Assembly (NCBI GenBank): GCA_963751345.1
Contig: CAVVUS010000040.1
Coordinates: 32,001-96,000 of the forward strand
From: an uncultured Chloroflexia bacterium
GTDB lineage: Bacteria; Chloroflexota; Anaerolineae; B4-G1; SLSP01
Direction of reading: 5' to 3'
Length of the DNA stretch: 64,000 nt
A program made the translations under genes and the position numbers. The notes beneath the pieces are model-generated. The model saw nothing but the letters and a program-made list of their open reading frames with translations. It had not been told where the DNA came from and made no database searches. Positions 1 through 10,861 of this stretch are shown in pieces. Each line of letters starts with the position of its first letter. The stretch's first letter is position 1.

Positions 1-2301
1 CAACGCCACCGCCTCCACCGTACGCGGAACACTCACGCGATCATCCAGCAGCGCTGTATTTCGGACCGCCAGCGGCCCCGTTACTTGGTCCGACACCCGC
101 AGTTGGTACGTCAGCGTTACCGGCTCGCTCTTCATCACCGTCCCGGTCCACGTGATCACGTTCCCGCTGTGACTTGGCGTGCCGGACGAAGCCCACAACG
201 AGCCATCCACGTAGTCGGTCATCGCCGGCAGCGTGTCCGCCACCAAGACGCCGGGTAACGCCGCAGTACCGGAGGTCACCAACGTGAGCTGGTAGCTCAA
301 TGGATCACCAGGCAGTGCGAGTGAGGGAGTCACCCACTTCGATGACCCGGTGAGCCCCAACCACAACTCGTCCGCACCGATGTCGAAGCGCGAGATGCCG
401 TCTCCATTACCGTCGACGGGCCGAGGTTCGCCCTCGAAGTCGTGATCCGGCACGAAGGTGTCATCACCGGCGTCGATCAGGGCCGAATCCGGTCTGAGAT
501 GGAAGTCACCTGTGCTGGCATCGACGAACCCGGGATTGATGGACAGGTCATGCACACCAGGCGCGATCCCCGCGTAGTCGGTCTCGTTGTCCCATAGATC
601 GTTGTAGTCGAAGGCGACACCACTTGTGTCCCTCACATGGATCCCCACGCCATGCTCAACTAGGGCATTGTTCCCTGCCCACACAATCGCGCTGTTTCGG
701 ATCGCCATCCCTGCAGCGACTCCGACCCTGCCGCCATTGGCGCCCTCAACGCCCGCAACCGTCCGGTAGAAGGTGTTGTTGAGCGCCCGAACATGGCCTC
801 CTAGAACCTCCAAAGCTATGGCGTTTCCCCCGTCAGAGGTCTGAAATCCGCCGCCACCCGCTAACGACCAAACCACGTTGTTGGACACTGTGCCCAGCGT
901 GACAGAGGTGAGTCTGATGCCGTCGACGCTCCCTCCCCTAATGTCCTTCCACCAGCCGCCGTGGGAGAGTTGCCGGTAGCCATCGCCGCCTCGCAGGTTC
1001 GTGACGACGCTGGCATCGATATCCAAAACATCGACGGAAGTAGCATCAATGCCAACCACTTCCGTCCAACCACTAAGATCGCGAACGGCGTTGCCGGTTA
1101 TGCTGACATCACTGCTCGACGTCACAGAGATGCCCTGAAGCGTGCCACTCGAGGTGCGACGAACCGAGTGCAGACCTTCCAACACGGTGTCCACGATCCT
1201 GACGACGGCATCCCCTTCAGACGCGATACCAACGATATGACCGGCGTTACTCAATGACAGTGAAGTGATGACATTCCGCTCCAGATAGGTGTCGGCGGTC
1301 CCAGACGTATGAATGCCATACACCGGTCCTATGTCCGCAGAGACGGCAGCGACCTGGTTGTCCAACGCAGTGACTGTGCCGCCCGCTGCTTCGACTCCTG
1401 TCACACCACCAGAACCCCACGAACCAACACAATCTGGGGATAGTCGCTCCACAAGATCGGTGATTTCCGAGAATCTGACAACCAGGTCCGTGTCACCCTC
1501 CGCGCGAATGCCGACCGCAGCACCAGCTCCCTCGCATATGTTCGAGAGGCCAGGCCCCACCTCTGGTGTATAACCCGAGTAGCCGCCGGTGATCCGCGAG
1601 ATCGTCGTCCGACTGATCACAACCGAACCGGTACCATCTACGTAAACGCCGAAGCCAGCGCCTCCCTTTCCCACTGGCGAGTCCAAGATGCCGCCAGCCC
1701 CATCCCCTCCCTTGATGTTGTGGATCTGAACCTCCGTCAGTTCGAGGACACCTTCGCCCGTGAATCGCACTCCTATAGCCGCACGACCACTTGCCTCGAC
1801 TTCATTGCCATCAGCCCCCACAATGTCACCGACGATGCAATCGTTGATCGCGAGGTCACTGTCGAGCAGGTCGATCCCGACCGTCGCGCTCGTCGGCGAC
1901 GTAGCGCTGTTCACGGTGAACCCTACGAGCGTCGCAGAGGTCACGCCGATGGCCGTGATAGCTGGGCTTGCGGGTGACCGTATTGCTGTCAGATCCGGAC
2001 CTTCGACCGATGTCAGGTTCACGTCGCTTTTCAGGGTCACCTGCTCTGAATAAGTGCCCGAGGAGACCAGCACGGTGTCGCCCGAAGCCGCGGCATCGAT
2101 ACCGTCCTGGATGGTAGCATAGTCACAGGTCGGTGGCCCTTCCGGGCACACCACGATCGTGCCCTCCGGCGCAGCTGCCGCCACCCACACCAGGAGGAAC
2201 GCCAACAGCCCCGCTGAGATCACACCCGTCAGCGCGATTCGGTGGAGGGCATATCGGCGTACAGCTATTAACACTTCGCCGGAACTTCGAGGAATTCGCA
2301 C
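1..2301 (-). CDS. Large secreted protein: signal/TM segment, right-handed beta-helix (pectin-lyase-like) region, choice-of-anchor-Q-like motif and DUF11-like domain; 3' end beyond the window
   Basis: Manually translated; not in the ORF track because it has no stop in the window. AAGGAG then GTG at 2301; LTGVISAGLLAFLLVWVAAA, CDYATIQDGIDAAASGDTVLVSSGTYSE, DFHLRPDSALIDAG..DIGADE, KWVTPSLALPGDPLSYQLTL. Confidence 0.8.
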   Translation of the reverse strand, partial: MRIPRSSGEVLIAVRRYALHRIALTGVISAGLLAFLLVWVAAAAPEGTIVVCPEGPPTCDYATIQDGIDAAASGDTVLVSSGTYSEQVTLKSDVNLTSVEGPDLTAIRSPASPAITAIGVTSATLVGFTVNSATSPTSATVGIDLLDSDLAINDCIVGDIVGADGNEVEASGRAAIGVRFTGEGVLELTEVQIHNIKGGDGAGGILDSPVGKGGAGFGVYVDGTGSVVISRTTISRITGGYSGYTPEVGPGLSNICEGAGAAVGIRAEGDTDLVVRFSEITDLVERLSPDCVGSWGSGGVTGVEAAGGTVTALDNQVAAVSADIGPVYGIHTSGTADTYLERNVITSLSLSNAGHIVGIASEGDAVVRIVDTVLEGLHSVRRTSSGTLQGISVTSSSDVSITGNAVRDLSGWTEVVGIDATSVDVLDIDASVVTNLRGGDGYRQLSHGGWWKDIRGGSVDGIRLTSVTLGTVSNNVVWSLAGGGGFQTSDGGNAIALEVLGGHVRALNNTFYRTVAGVEGANGGRVGVAAGMAIRNSAIVWAGNNALVEHGVGIHVRDTSGVAFDYNDLWDNETDYAGIAPGVHDLSINPGFVDASTGDFHLRPDSALIDAGDDTFVPDHDFEGEPRPVDGNGDGISRFDIGADELWLGLTGSSKWVTPSLALPGDPLSYQLTLVTSGTAALPGVLVADTLPAMTDYVDGSLWASSGTPSHSGNVITWTGTVMKSEPVTLTYQLRVSDQVTGPLAVRNTALLDDRVSVPRTVEAVAL

Positions 2302-2392
2302 GATCATCTCCTTTAGACGCTACGTATCCGAATATGGCTCTGGAGGACCCGCAGCTGCCCACCCACATCGCAGCTACTATCCCGCAGGCATC

Positions 2393-2421
2393 ATGATATG
2401 ATCCAGACGCAGAAGTGTCAA
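2393..2421 (-). promoter_or_regulatory. sigma70-type promoter for the secreted protein gene
   Basis: Minus strand TTGACA-17nt-TATCAT. Confidence 0.6.
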
Positions 2422-2531
2422 ATACGTCTAGCATCACAGCGGATTCCCCGTATGAACCCAGTTGGAGGCTCTGAGGCACTCGACGCTATGTATCGCGTCG
2501 GTGAACCGATGAAGGAATCGGTGGAAAGTTA

Positions 2532-3565
2532 CTACGGGCCCTTATCTCCCAGCAACCCGTGCCGTACCAACGCCGCTTCTGAGACGCCGGCTCCACGGCC
2601 GCGCGAATCGCGGGGTTGGCGTATCCCACCCACCCAACGTCCGGCGCCACGTCCAGCAGCGCGTCGAGCGCGCCCCCCGTCCGGCGCGGTGATCACAACG
2701 CCCAGCTCCTCCGCAATCAGCGCGGTGCAGATGTCGTAGGGATGGCAGCAGAGGCCCAGCGCCAAGCCCTTGGCGGCGAGCAGGGGCTCGGTCAGGGGCC
2801 GGAGGTCGGCCACGAAACGATCGTGGCCCGCCATCAACTCGTAGAGCTGCCCGCCCGTCGAGATGTATTGGTCCTCGAAGCAGAGCGCCTTGCCACGCTG
2901 GACAGGTCCCAGGACCTGGGCGACCACCTCATCGTCCACCGCGGCAAGCACCTCCCTCGCGCCCGGGAAGAAGCGAGCAACCGTAGCGAAGCCGTGGGCG
3001 ATCGACGTCGCGCGCGAGGGCTGTAGCGTGAGAGCCAACCGTTCCCCGGTCAGTCTGTTCAGTCGCTCGGCCTGAACACCCTCACCCCGCACGGCCCACA
3101 CCTGGTCCGTCAGATGCTGCTTGACCAGCGGCACCTCGGTCTGGACGGCAAAGGCGATGTCCTGCAACGATGTCGCCGCGCCTCGATTGAGCGCGACGCC
3201 GGTCAGGATCCAGGCGCTGCGCTTCTGATACATGAGGCCGCGGGTACCGTCGATAGGGTCGACGATCACGCGCCAGACGGCATCGGCCTCGTCGGTGCCG
3301 CGGGGCAGGACGACCTTTCCGCCGTCCGGCAGCCCTTCGGCAATCAGCACCAACGGCGCCAGCGGTGCGACGTCGGCCTCGAACGCCCGAATCAGTTCCT
3401 CTTCGCTGATGCGGTCAATCGCATAGATCGTGTCGCCTTCTTCGTCGTGCGCGATCTCCGAGAGCTCGTGGACCGCCGACGCCTCGGTCGCGGCGACCAC
3501 GGCGTCGCGCATCCGGTCGTGGATGCGTCCAGGATCGGCCGGATCAGGGTGTGTACGTCGGGCAT
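2532..3565 (-). CDS. Inositol monophosphatase (FIG) family protein; frameshifted near both ends
   Basis: [10 protein letters not shown] motif, [17 protein letters not shown]; ATG at 3565 (MPDVHT) with GGAGG joins the main frame near 3530. Confidence 0.8.
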
Positions 3566-3588
3566 TGTGTATCCTCCACCATCGATAT

Positions 3589-3622
3589 AGTTGCCGGGGA
3601 CTGCGGAAAGTCCCCGGCAACT
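3589..3622. repeat. Perfect 14-bp inverted repeat
   Basis: AGTTGCCGGGGACT-gcggaa-AGTCCCCGGCAACT. Confidence 0.8.
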
Positions 3623-3660
3623 TGAAGACAAAGCTTCCGCGGCCGCGAGTTCTACGCCTC

Positions 3661-3709
3661 AGGTGCCAGGCACTCGCGCCTCGGAAGGCGTCGAAAGTGC
3701 CAGGCACCT
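3661..3709. repeat. REP-like doubled palindrome (GTGCCnGGCAC family)
   Basis: AGGTGCCAGGCACT (3661-3674) and AGTGCCAGGCACCT (3696-3709); related copy at 6671-6703. Confidence 0.75.
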
Positions 3710-3722
3710 ATATCGCCTTTTC

Positions 3723-3767
3723 TTGACATGACCCTAGCAGGATATAAGATGGGTCTGCCGCTGTCAA
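3723..3767. promoter_or_regulatory. Overlapping divergent sigma70 promoters (kdgK operon / IMPase gene)
   Basis: Plus TTGACA(3723)-16-TAAGAT(3745); minus TTGACA(3767-3762)-17-TATCCT(3744-3739). Confidence 0.6.
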
Positions 3768-3795
3768 ACCACCTAGCACACACAAGGAGTGAGCT

Positions 3796-4827
3796 ATGAA
3801 GAAAGTAGTCACCTTCGGTGAGATTATGCTGCGACTTGCGCCACCCAACTTCCTCCGGTTTGTCCAGGCCCGGAGCTTTGACGTCATCTATGGGGGGGGC
3901 GAGGCCAACGTCGCCGTGTCGGCGGCCAACTTCGGCCTGCCCGTCGAGTATGTCACACGCCTGCCCAAGAACGACATCGGCGATGCCTGCCTCAACTACA
4001 TCCGCCAGTTTGGTGTCGACACGCACTACATCGTTCGTGGCGGCGATCGCCTGGGCATCTACTTTCTCGAGACCGGCGCAGTGCAGCGTGGCAGCAAGGT
4101 CATCTACGACCGCGCGGGCTCGTCATTGGCGACGATTGAGCCCGGGATGGTCGACTGGGACGCGGCCTTCGAGGGCGCCGGATGGTTCCACTGGACCGGG
4201 ATCACGCCCGCGATCTCCGAGGGCGCTGCAGCCGTCTGCCTGGAGGCCGTCAAGGCCGCCAAGAAGGCAGGGCTCACGGTCTCGTGTGACCTCAACTACC
4301 GCAGCAAGCTGTGGAAGTGGGGAAAGAAGCCGGGCGAGGTGATGGAGGAGCTTGTCGCCCACAGTGACGTCGCTATCGGCAACGAGGAGGACGCGGACAA
4401 GGTCTTCGGCATCCGCGCGTCCGAGGTCGACGTGACCAAGGGCAACGTCGAGGCCGAGGCTTACGTTTACGTCTGCAACAAGCTCAAGGAGCGCTTCCCG
4501 AACCTCCAGACCATTGCCATCACGCTGCGCGGGTCTCTCTCCGCGAGCCACAACACTTGGAGCGCAATCCTCTGGGACAACGGCGAGGTCTTCACGGCGC
4601 CCACTTACGACATCACCCACATCGTCGACCGGGTCGGCGGCGGGGACAGCTTCATGGGTGGCCTGATCTACGGGCTGCTCACCTATGAGAGCAAGCAGAG
4701 CGCCATCGACTTCGCAGTAGCGGCTTCCGCGCTCAAACACACCATCGTGGGCGACTTCAACCTGGTGAGCGTGGCCGAGGTGGAGAAGCTGATGGGCGGC
4801 GACGCGTCGGGACGCGTCAGTAGATAA
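3796..4827 (+). CDS. kdgK: 2-dehydro-3-deoxygluconokinase (PfkB family)
   Basis: FGEIMLRL, GGGEANVA, DLNYRSKLW, DRVGGGDSF; AAGGAG RBS; adjacent to eda. Confidence 0.9.
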   Translation: MKKVVTFGEIMLRLAPPNFLRFVQARSFDVIYGGGEANVAVSAANFGLPVEYVTRLPKNDIGDACLNYIRQFGVDTHYIVRGGDRLGIYFLETGAVQRGSKVIYDRAGSSLATIEPGMVDWDAAFEGAGWFHWTGITPAISEGAAAVCLEAVKAAKKAGLTVSCDLNYRSKLWKWGKKPGEVMEELVAHSDVAIGNEEDADKVFGIRASEVDVTKGNVEAEAYVYVCNKLKERFPNLQTIAITLRGSLSASHNTWSAILWDNGEVFTAPTYDITHIVDRVGGGDSFMGGLIYGLLTYESKQSAIDFAVAASALKHTIVGDFNLVSVAEVEKLMGGDASGRVSR

Positions 4828-4878
4828 GGATTAGCACACCTGATGAGTGAGGCCCGCAAGGGTCCAAGGAGGTACAGC

Positions 4879-5553
4879 ATGGCTCGTTTCGACCGCTTGA
4901 CCGTATTGACGACGATGATCGACGTGGGGCTGGTCCCACTCTTCTACCACGACGACGTCGAGATCTGCAAGAAGGTGATTCACGCGCTCGCCGAGGGCGG
5001 CGCCCGCGTCGTCGAGTTCACCAACCGGGGCGACCTCGCGATGGAGGTCTTCAAGGAATTGGTGCCCTACTTCGCCAAGGCGGCGCCCCAGGTGATCATG
5101 GGAGTCGGCTCGATCGTCGACGCGCCCACCGCGGGGATCGCGATGTCCTACGGCGCCAACTTCGTCGTGGGGCCGATGCTCCACGCCGACGTCGCCAAGG
5201 TCTGCAACCGCCGCAAGGTGCCCTACATGCCCGGCTGCGGCACCGTCAGTGAGATCTCTGCCGCTGAGGAGCTGGGCTGCGAGATCTGCAAGGTCTTCCC
5301 CGGCACCCAGGTCGGCGGGCCGGGCTTCATCAAGGCCGTCGCCGCGCCGATGCCGTGGAGCAAGCTGATGCCCACGGGCGGCGTCTCTCTGGAGGAGGAT
5401 AACATCAAGGGCTGGATCTCCAACGGCGCCGTCTGCGTCGGCATGGGCAGCAAGCTGGTCCGCAAGGACTGGATCGCGGCGGGTGACTATGCCAAGATGA
5501 CCGAAGGCGTTCGCCAGGCCCTCCAGTGGATCCGCGAGGCGCGCGGAAAGTAA
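4879..5553 (+). CDS. eda: KDPG/KHG aldolase
   Basis: VEFTNRG, GANFVVGP, PGCGTVSEI, KVFPG, MPTGGV; AAGGAGG RBS. Confidence 0.9.
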   Translation: MARFDRLTVLTTMIDVGLVPLFYHDDVEICKKVIHALAEGGARVVEFTNRGDLAMEVFKELVPYFAKAAPQVIMGVGSIVDAPTAGIAMSYGANFVVGPMLHADVAKVCNRRKVPYMPGCGTVSEISAAEELGCEICKVFPGTQVGGPGFIKAVAAPMPWSKLMPTGGVSLEEDNIKGWISNGAVCVGMGSKLVRKDWIAAGDYAKMTEGVRQALQWIREARGK

Positions 5554-5584
5554 CAGATTTCCGGGCGAGGTGACGGGACTATCT

Positions 5585-6654
5585 ATGGACACTATGACAA
5601 GCCACGAGCGCTTTGCGCGTATGTACGCGCACCGGGAGGCCGACCGCGTGCCTGTGATCGATTCACCGTGGGGTGCGACGATCGAGCGATGGCACCGCGA
5701 GGGCATGCCCGAGGACACGAACTTCGTCGATTTCTTCGACCTCGACAAGATGGCGCACATCGGCGTCGACAACAGCCCCCGCTACCCCGCCAAGGTGGTC
5801 GAGGAGACCGACGAATACGTGATCACCACGACGGGCTGGGGCGCGACGCTCAAGAACTGGAAACACATCGCCTCGACCCCCGAGTTCCTCGATTTCAAGA
5901 TCGACGGACCGGATGCCTGGCAGGAAGCCAAAGCGCGCATGACCCCCACCCCGGATCGCATACCGTGGGACCACCTCAAGGCGAATTACCCCACCTGGAA
6001 AAGGGAGGGGCACTGGATCGTCGGGGGGCTCTGGTTCGGCTTTGACGTCACGCACTCGTGGACCGTCGGCACCGAGCGGCTGCTGATGGCCTTGCTGGAC
6101 AATCCCGAGTGGTGCGTCGATATGTTCAACCACTTCCTCGACGTCAACATCGCGCTGCTCGACCAGGTATGGGACGCCGGTTACACCTTTGACGAGGTCA
6201 ACTGGCCGGACGATATGGGCTACAAACAGAACCAGTTCTTCTCGCTGCGAACCTACCGCAAGCTGCTCAAGCCCGTGCACAAGCGGGCCGTCGACTGGGC
6301 ACACGCCAAGGGTGTGAAGGTCCGCCTCCACTCGTGCGGCGACGTCCGCCCGTTCATTCCCGAGCTCGTGGAGATCGGCGTCGACGCGCTGAATCCGCTG
6401 GAGGTCAAGGCCGGGATGGATCCCGTCGCGATCAAACGGGAGTTCGGCGACCGGCTCGTCCTCCACGGAGGGATCAATGCCGTGCTGTGGGACGACAGGA
6501 GGCGATCGAGGCCGAGATGCGCCGGGTCATCCCAGTGGTCAAGGAGCAAGGGGGCTACATCTTCTCATCCGACCACTCGGTACCATCGGACGTGAGCCTG
6601 GAGAACTTCCGCACCATCGTGGAGCTCGCCAAGGAGCTGGGAAGCTACGACTAG
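5585..6654 (+). CDS. Uroporphyrinogen decarboxylase/MtaA-like family protein; frameshift near 6497
   Basis: [38 protein letters not shown] in the second frame. Confidence 0.8.
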
Positions 6655-7475
6655 ACGGTGACACAAGTCAAGTGCCCGGCACCTTTCAAGCGTGCCGGGC
6701 ACTCTGGGAGAAAAAGCCTCTGAGACGCTACGCCTGCGGTGCCAGCGACCTCGGCAGCCACCGCGGCACCGACGATCCCGGCCTCGTTCAGGAGCTGCGC
6801 CGGAACCACCTCGGCCTCGACGGTGAGGATCTCAGCGAACTTCGACATCTTCTGACTGGCCCCACCACCCAAAATAAAGAGATCCGGCCAGAACAGCGCC
6901 TCAATGCGCTGCAGATAGCGGTTGAAACGTTTCGCCCAGTCGCGCCACTTGAGCGAGTCACGCTTGCGTGCCGCATCAGACGCCTGCCATTCCGCCTCCA
7001 GGCCGTCCATCTCGATGTGTCCTAACTCCGTATTGGGGACGAGCACACCGTCGGTAAAGAGCGCCGTGCCGAGGCCCGTGCCGATGGTAATGATGAACAC
7101 GACACCGTCGCGCCCGCGCCCGGCGCCGAAGCGCATTTCAGCAATCCCGGCAACGTCGGCATCGTTGAGCACGCGCACAGGACAACCCGTGGCCTCTGCA
7201 AAGATCCCGGCAGCATCTGTGCCGATCCAGGACCGATCAACGTTGGCCGCGGTCCGTGCCACACCGTGCTGGATGACCGCAGGGAATCCTGCGCCAACGA
7301 GACCGTTCCAGTCGAAGTGCTTCGCGACCTCGCCGACGACCCCGGCAACATCCGCCGGTTTTGCGCCGTCAGGGGTCACTATGCGATATCGCTCGCCGAT
7401 CATCTCGCCCTTCTCAGTGTCGACAGGCGCACCCTTGATGCCGGAGCCGCCTATATCTATTCCCAGGATCTCCAC
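6651..7475 (-). CDS. ppgK: Polyphosphate/ATP glucokinase (ROK family)
   Basis: [42 protein letters not shown]; GTG start after AAGGAGG. Confidence 0.85.
   Translation of the reverse strand: MEILGIDIGGSGIKGAPVDTEKGEMIGERYRIVTPDGAKPADVAGVVGEVAKHFDWNGLVGAGFPAVIQHGVARTAANVDRSWIGTDAAGIFAEATGCPVRVLNDADVAGIAEMRFGAGRGRDGVVFIITIGTGLGTALFTDGVLVPNTELGHIEMDGLEAEWQASDAARKRDSLKWRDWAKRFNRYLQRIEALFWPDLFILGGGASQKMSKFAEILTVEAEVVPAQLLNEAGIVGAAVAAEVAGTAGVASQRLFLPECPARLKGAGHLTCVTV
6671..6703. repeat. REP-like doubled palindrome between convergent genes
   Basis: AGTGCCCGGCAC-ctttcaagc-GTGCCGGGCACT. Confidence 0.75.
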
Positions 7476-7580
7476 GCACTTGCCTCCTTCTGGGTCCATG
7501 ATGGCTCGACGTCCGCCGATTGGCGTCGACATCAGCATGTAACCCGTGTCGAGCCCAGTATATTCAACGAGACCACCAAG

Positions 7581-7619
7581 TCAAAAAAGACCCCCCGAGT
7601 CAGCGACCCGGGGGGTTTG
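7581..7619 (-). terminator. Intrinsic terminator of the RRM gene
   Basis: Minus strand CCCCCCG..CGGGGGG stem followed by TCTTTTTT. Confidence 0.75.
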
Positions 7620-7644
7620 TGCACACCTGAGAAAGGACGTGAGA

Positions 7645-7995
7645 CTACCAGTCCCGGCGACCGCCGCCGCCACCACCACCGCCACCGCCGCTACCGCGAC
7701 GCTGGCCACGGCCACCACCACCGCCGCCACCGCCACCCCCACGGCCGCCCTGCTGTCGTGGCTGAGCTTCGTTGACTCGCAGGTTACGACCGTCGTGCTC
7801 CTTCTGATCCAGAGCCTCTATCGCGGCCGCACCTTCTTGCGCGTTGGGCATCTCTACAAAGGCGAACCCGCGGGAACGCCCCGTATCCCGATCCGTGATG
7901 ACGTTCACTTCAGCGACTTCGCCATAGGCCTCAAATAGCTCGCGCAGTTCGTCCTCGTTTGCCTGATACGACAGATTACCGACATAGATCCTCAT
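7645..7995 (-). CDS. RRM (RNP-1) RNA-binding protein with Gly-rich tail
   Basis: IYVGNL (RNP2), RGFAFVEM (RNP1), poly-Gly C-terminus. Confidence 0.95.
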   Translation of the reverse strand: MRIYVGNLSYQANEDELRELFEAYGEVAEVNVITDRDTGRSRGFAFVEMPNAQEGAAAIEALDQKEHDGRNLRVNEAQPRQQGGRGGGGGGGGGGRGQRRGSGGGGGGGGGGRRDW

Positions 7996-8065
7996 CTCTC
8001 ACCGCGTCCTTTCAGACTTCAGAAATACTGTAGCCGCGACCGTCACAACTTACGGCTCACCTTCT

Positions 8066-8093
8066 ATTGTACACGTAGATTCAGTTTCTGCAA
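8066..8093 (-). promoter_or_regulatory. Promoter of the RRM gene
   Basis: TTGCAG-16-TACAAT. Confidence 0.5.
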
Positions 8094-8244
8094 CTCGGAA
8101 TAACCAACGGGCCCAATGCTCACTCTACCGACGCTTGACTGGGTGGCAAGCCGAAGGCCAGAGGCCGGCCGACAGTCGACAGTCGAGGCGCCTTGGCTTC
8201 TGCCCATCATGAGGTAGAATCATAACCCCGTGAGGAGGTGATCC

Positions 8245-9871
8245 GTGACAACCAAATACATATTCGTCACCGGCGGCGTGGTCAGTTCTCTCGGGAAAGG
8301 CATCACTGCTGCATCATTGGGACACGTCTTGAAAGCTCGTGGCCTGAACGTCTCAATTCAGAAGCTCGACCCCTATCTGAACGTCGACCCCGGCACGATG
8401 GCGCCTTACCAGCACGGTGAGGTCTTCGTGACCGAAGATGGAGCTGAGACCGATCTCGATCTGGGACACTACGAGCGGTTCATAGATGAAAACCTGGGCA
8501 AGCTGAATAACGTAACCACCGGCCAGGTTTACAACGAGGTGATCACGCGCGAGCGCAGAGGCGACTTCCTGGGCGGCACAATCCAGGTCGTCCCCCACGT
8601 CACAAACGAGATCAAGCGCCGCATCATCCGCGCGGCGCAGGAGCTGAAGGCGACGGTTGCCATCACCGAGATCGGCGGGACCGTCGGCGATATCGAGGGA
8701 CAGCCCTTCCTGGAGTCGATCCGGCAGATGCGCAACGATGTGGGACGCGAGAACGTGCTCTACATCCACATCACGCTCGTGCCCTATCTCAGCGCAAGCG
8801 GCGAGTTGAAGACCAAGCCAACGCAGCATAGCGTGCGCGAGCTTCGCGGCATGGGCATCCAGCCGGACGTCATTGGCCTTCGATCGGACCTCCCGATCGA
8901 CCGGGAGACACGGGAGAAAGTCGCGCTCTTCTGCGACGTTGACAGCGAGGCCGTCATTCCACTCCTCACGGCGCGCAGTATCTATGAAGTCCCACTGATG
9001 CTCGAAGAACGAGGGTATGGGCGATCTCGTCGTCCGACGGCTCGGCCTTACGCAGATGATACAACCGCCACTTCTCGACGAATGGTCAGCAGCCATAGCC
9101 AAACTCAAGGCCGAGCAGCCCAAAGTACGGATCGCGCTAGTGGGTAAGTACGTTGAGCTCCACGACGCCTACATGAGCGTGCGCGAGGCCCTGATTCACG
9201 CCGGTCTGTATCACGACTACGAGATCGATATCGACTGGGTGCACAGCGAGGATCTGGAGCGAGGCAAGAGCCAGGATCGCTTGCTCCAGGCTGACGGCAT
9301 TGTGGTGCCCGGCGGGTTCGGCTACCGGGGCATTGAGGGCAAAATCGTGGCCGCCAGGATTGCGCGGGAGAACCGGATCCCTTACCTGGGGCTCTGCCTC
9401 GGCATGCAGGTTATGTGCATCGAGCTGGCTCGCCATACCCTCAACAGCGACGTGCCGAACAGCACCGAATTCGAGCCAAAGACCGCCCATCCCATCATCT
9501 CCCTGATGCCGGACCAACACGCCATCGCCGACATGGGCGGCACAATGCGCCTGGGCAGCTACCCTTGCCAACTCACACCCGGCACGAAAGCACGGGCAGC
9601 CTACGGCACGGATGAGGTCTTGGAGCGCCACAGACATCGCTTCGAGTTCAATAACGCTTACCGCGACCTACTCCACGAGGCAGGGCTAGACTACAGCGGC
9701 CTATCGCCGGACGGCAGGTTGGTCGAGATCTCAGAGATGAGGGATCACCCGTGGATGGTCGGTAGCCAGTTTCATCCCGAGTTCAAGTCGCGGCTGCAAC
9801 GCCCCCATCCGCTCTTCAGGGATTTCGTGGAGGCGGCGATCGAGCGAAAGAAGGAGAAAGAGGGGGCCTAG
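8245..9871 (+). CDS. pyrG: CTP synthase; frameshift near 9017
   Basis: [40 protein letters not shown] across two overlapping ORFs. Confidence 0.95.
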
Positions 9872-9890
9872 CGGCCGTCGTTCGCTTCCC

Positions 9891-9921
9891 AGCCTCCCTC
9901 CCCCGGCGGGGGAGGGAGGCT
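9891..9921. terminator. GC-rich hairpin between convergent genes
   Basis: AGCCTCCCTCCCCC-ggc-GGGGGAGGGAGGCT; no U tract. Confidence 0.6.
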
Positions 9922-9931
9922 GCATCCCGAG

Positions 9932-10843
9932 CTATTCCGCTAAGCGTACCTCGTACTTCTTCGCCATGAAGTCCGGGTAATAGGACTCCTTCGCGCGACG
10001 AAGGCCGGGCTCCCCGAGGTCCTGCTCCATGCCGATGTGGGTGGCCTCGCCCTGCCATCGCTCGGCGTAGGACTTGGTCATCATCGGGTAGATCCCCTTG
10101 AACTCAGGGTTAGCCTTTTCCACATGCATCACGGCCGTGCTCTCGTTCAGGAGCTCGCCCAGCGCGATGGCCTGGACCTGGCCCTGGACGAGGAGTGCGC
10201 CGCCATCCATCCCGAGGGCGTCGTAGTTGTTCATGACATCCAAGATGCCCGCGAACTCGTGCTGGAGGCTCAGGTCGTCCTCGCACAGCCGCTGCTCGCA
10301 CCAGACCTCGGCCAGGGCGATGCACTGCGGGACGAGGTCGGCCGTGATAGGCTGGTATTCAAACCGGTAGTAGCGCATGAACTGGTTGATGTGATTACGC
10401 TTAGCGCTGTACTTCCGGCCAGGGAACTCCGCAAGGTCCTCGGTCCGGTAGACGTAATCGAAGTGGTCGCGCGTCTCGGTCGTCGTGAACCGCTCGTCGC
10501 CATCCACCTCGTCGGCCAGCCGCTGTCCGGCCCGGGCAATCACCGGCGCCTCGACACCCCGCTCGTTCCTCATCCACCGGAGAAAGCGCTCTGCCACATC
10601 AGCTCGCGGCGCAGACCCGATAGGCGGGTATCCGAAGACACTGCCTTCCCGCTCATTGGCCACCAGGAGCACAAGATCGTCGCAGATCGACCATTCGTAC
10701 CGGTAATGGGATCGCCAGAGATAGAAATTATTGAACGTCAACTCCGAGGTCACGGTCTGGAACTGCCAGATCCTCGGATGCAGCACCTCGCGGTCCTCAA
10801 GACCGAGGCGCTTGAACTCGGGAAAGATTGGAACGTCGCCCAT
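9932..10843 (-). CDS. DUF2156 / aminoacyl-phosphatidylglycerol synthase C-terminal-like (GNAT) protein
   Basis: SELTFNNFYLW, DYVY..GRKYSAKRNHINQF, HVEKA, EQDLGEPGLRRAKESYYP. Confidence 0.85.
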   Translation of the reverse strand: MGDVPIFPEFKRLGLEDREVLHPRIWQFQTVTSELTFNNFYLWRSHYRYEWSICDDLVLLVANEREGSVFGYPPIGSAPRADVAERFLRWMRNERGVEAPVIARAGQRLADEVDGDERFTTTETRDHFDYVYRTEDLAEFPGRKYSAKRNHINQFMRYYRFEYQPITADLVPQCIALAEVWCEQRLCEDDLSLQHEFAGILDVMNNYDALGMDGGALLVQGQVQAIALGELLNESTAVMHVEKANPEFKGIYPMMTKSYAERWQGEATHIGMEQDLGEPGLRRAKESYYPDFMAKKYEVRLAE

Positions 10844-10861
10844 CTATAGGCCTCCTCGCGA

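Noticed and set aside
7660-7750. CCA/CCG trinucleotide-like repeats
   Set aside because: They simply encode the poly-Gly tail of the RRM protein.
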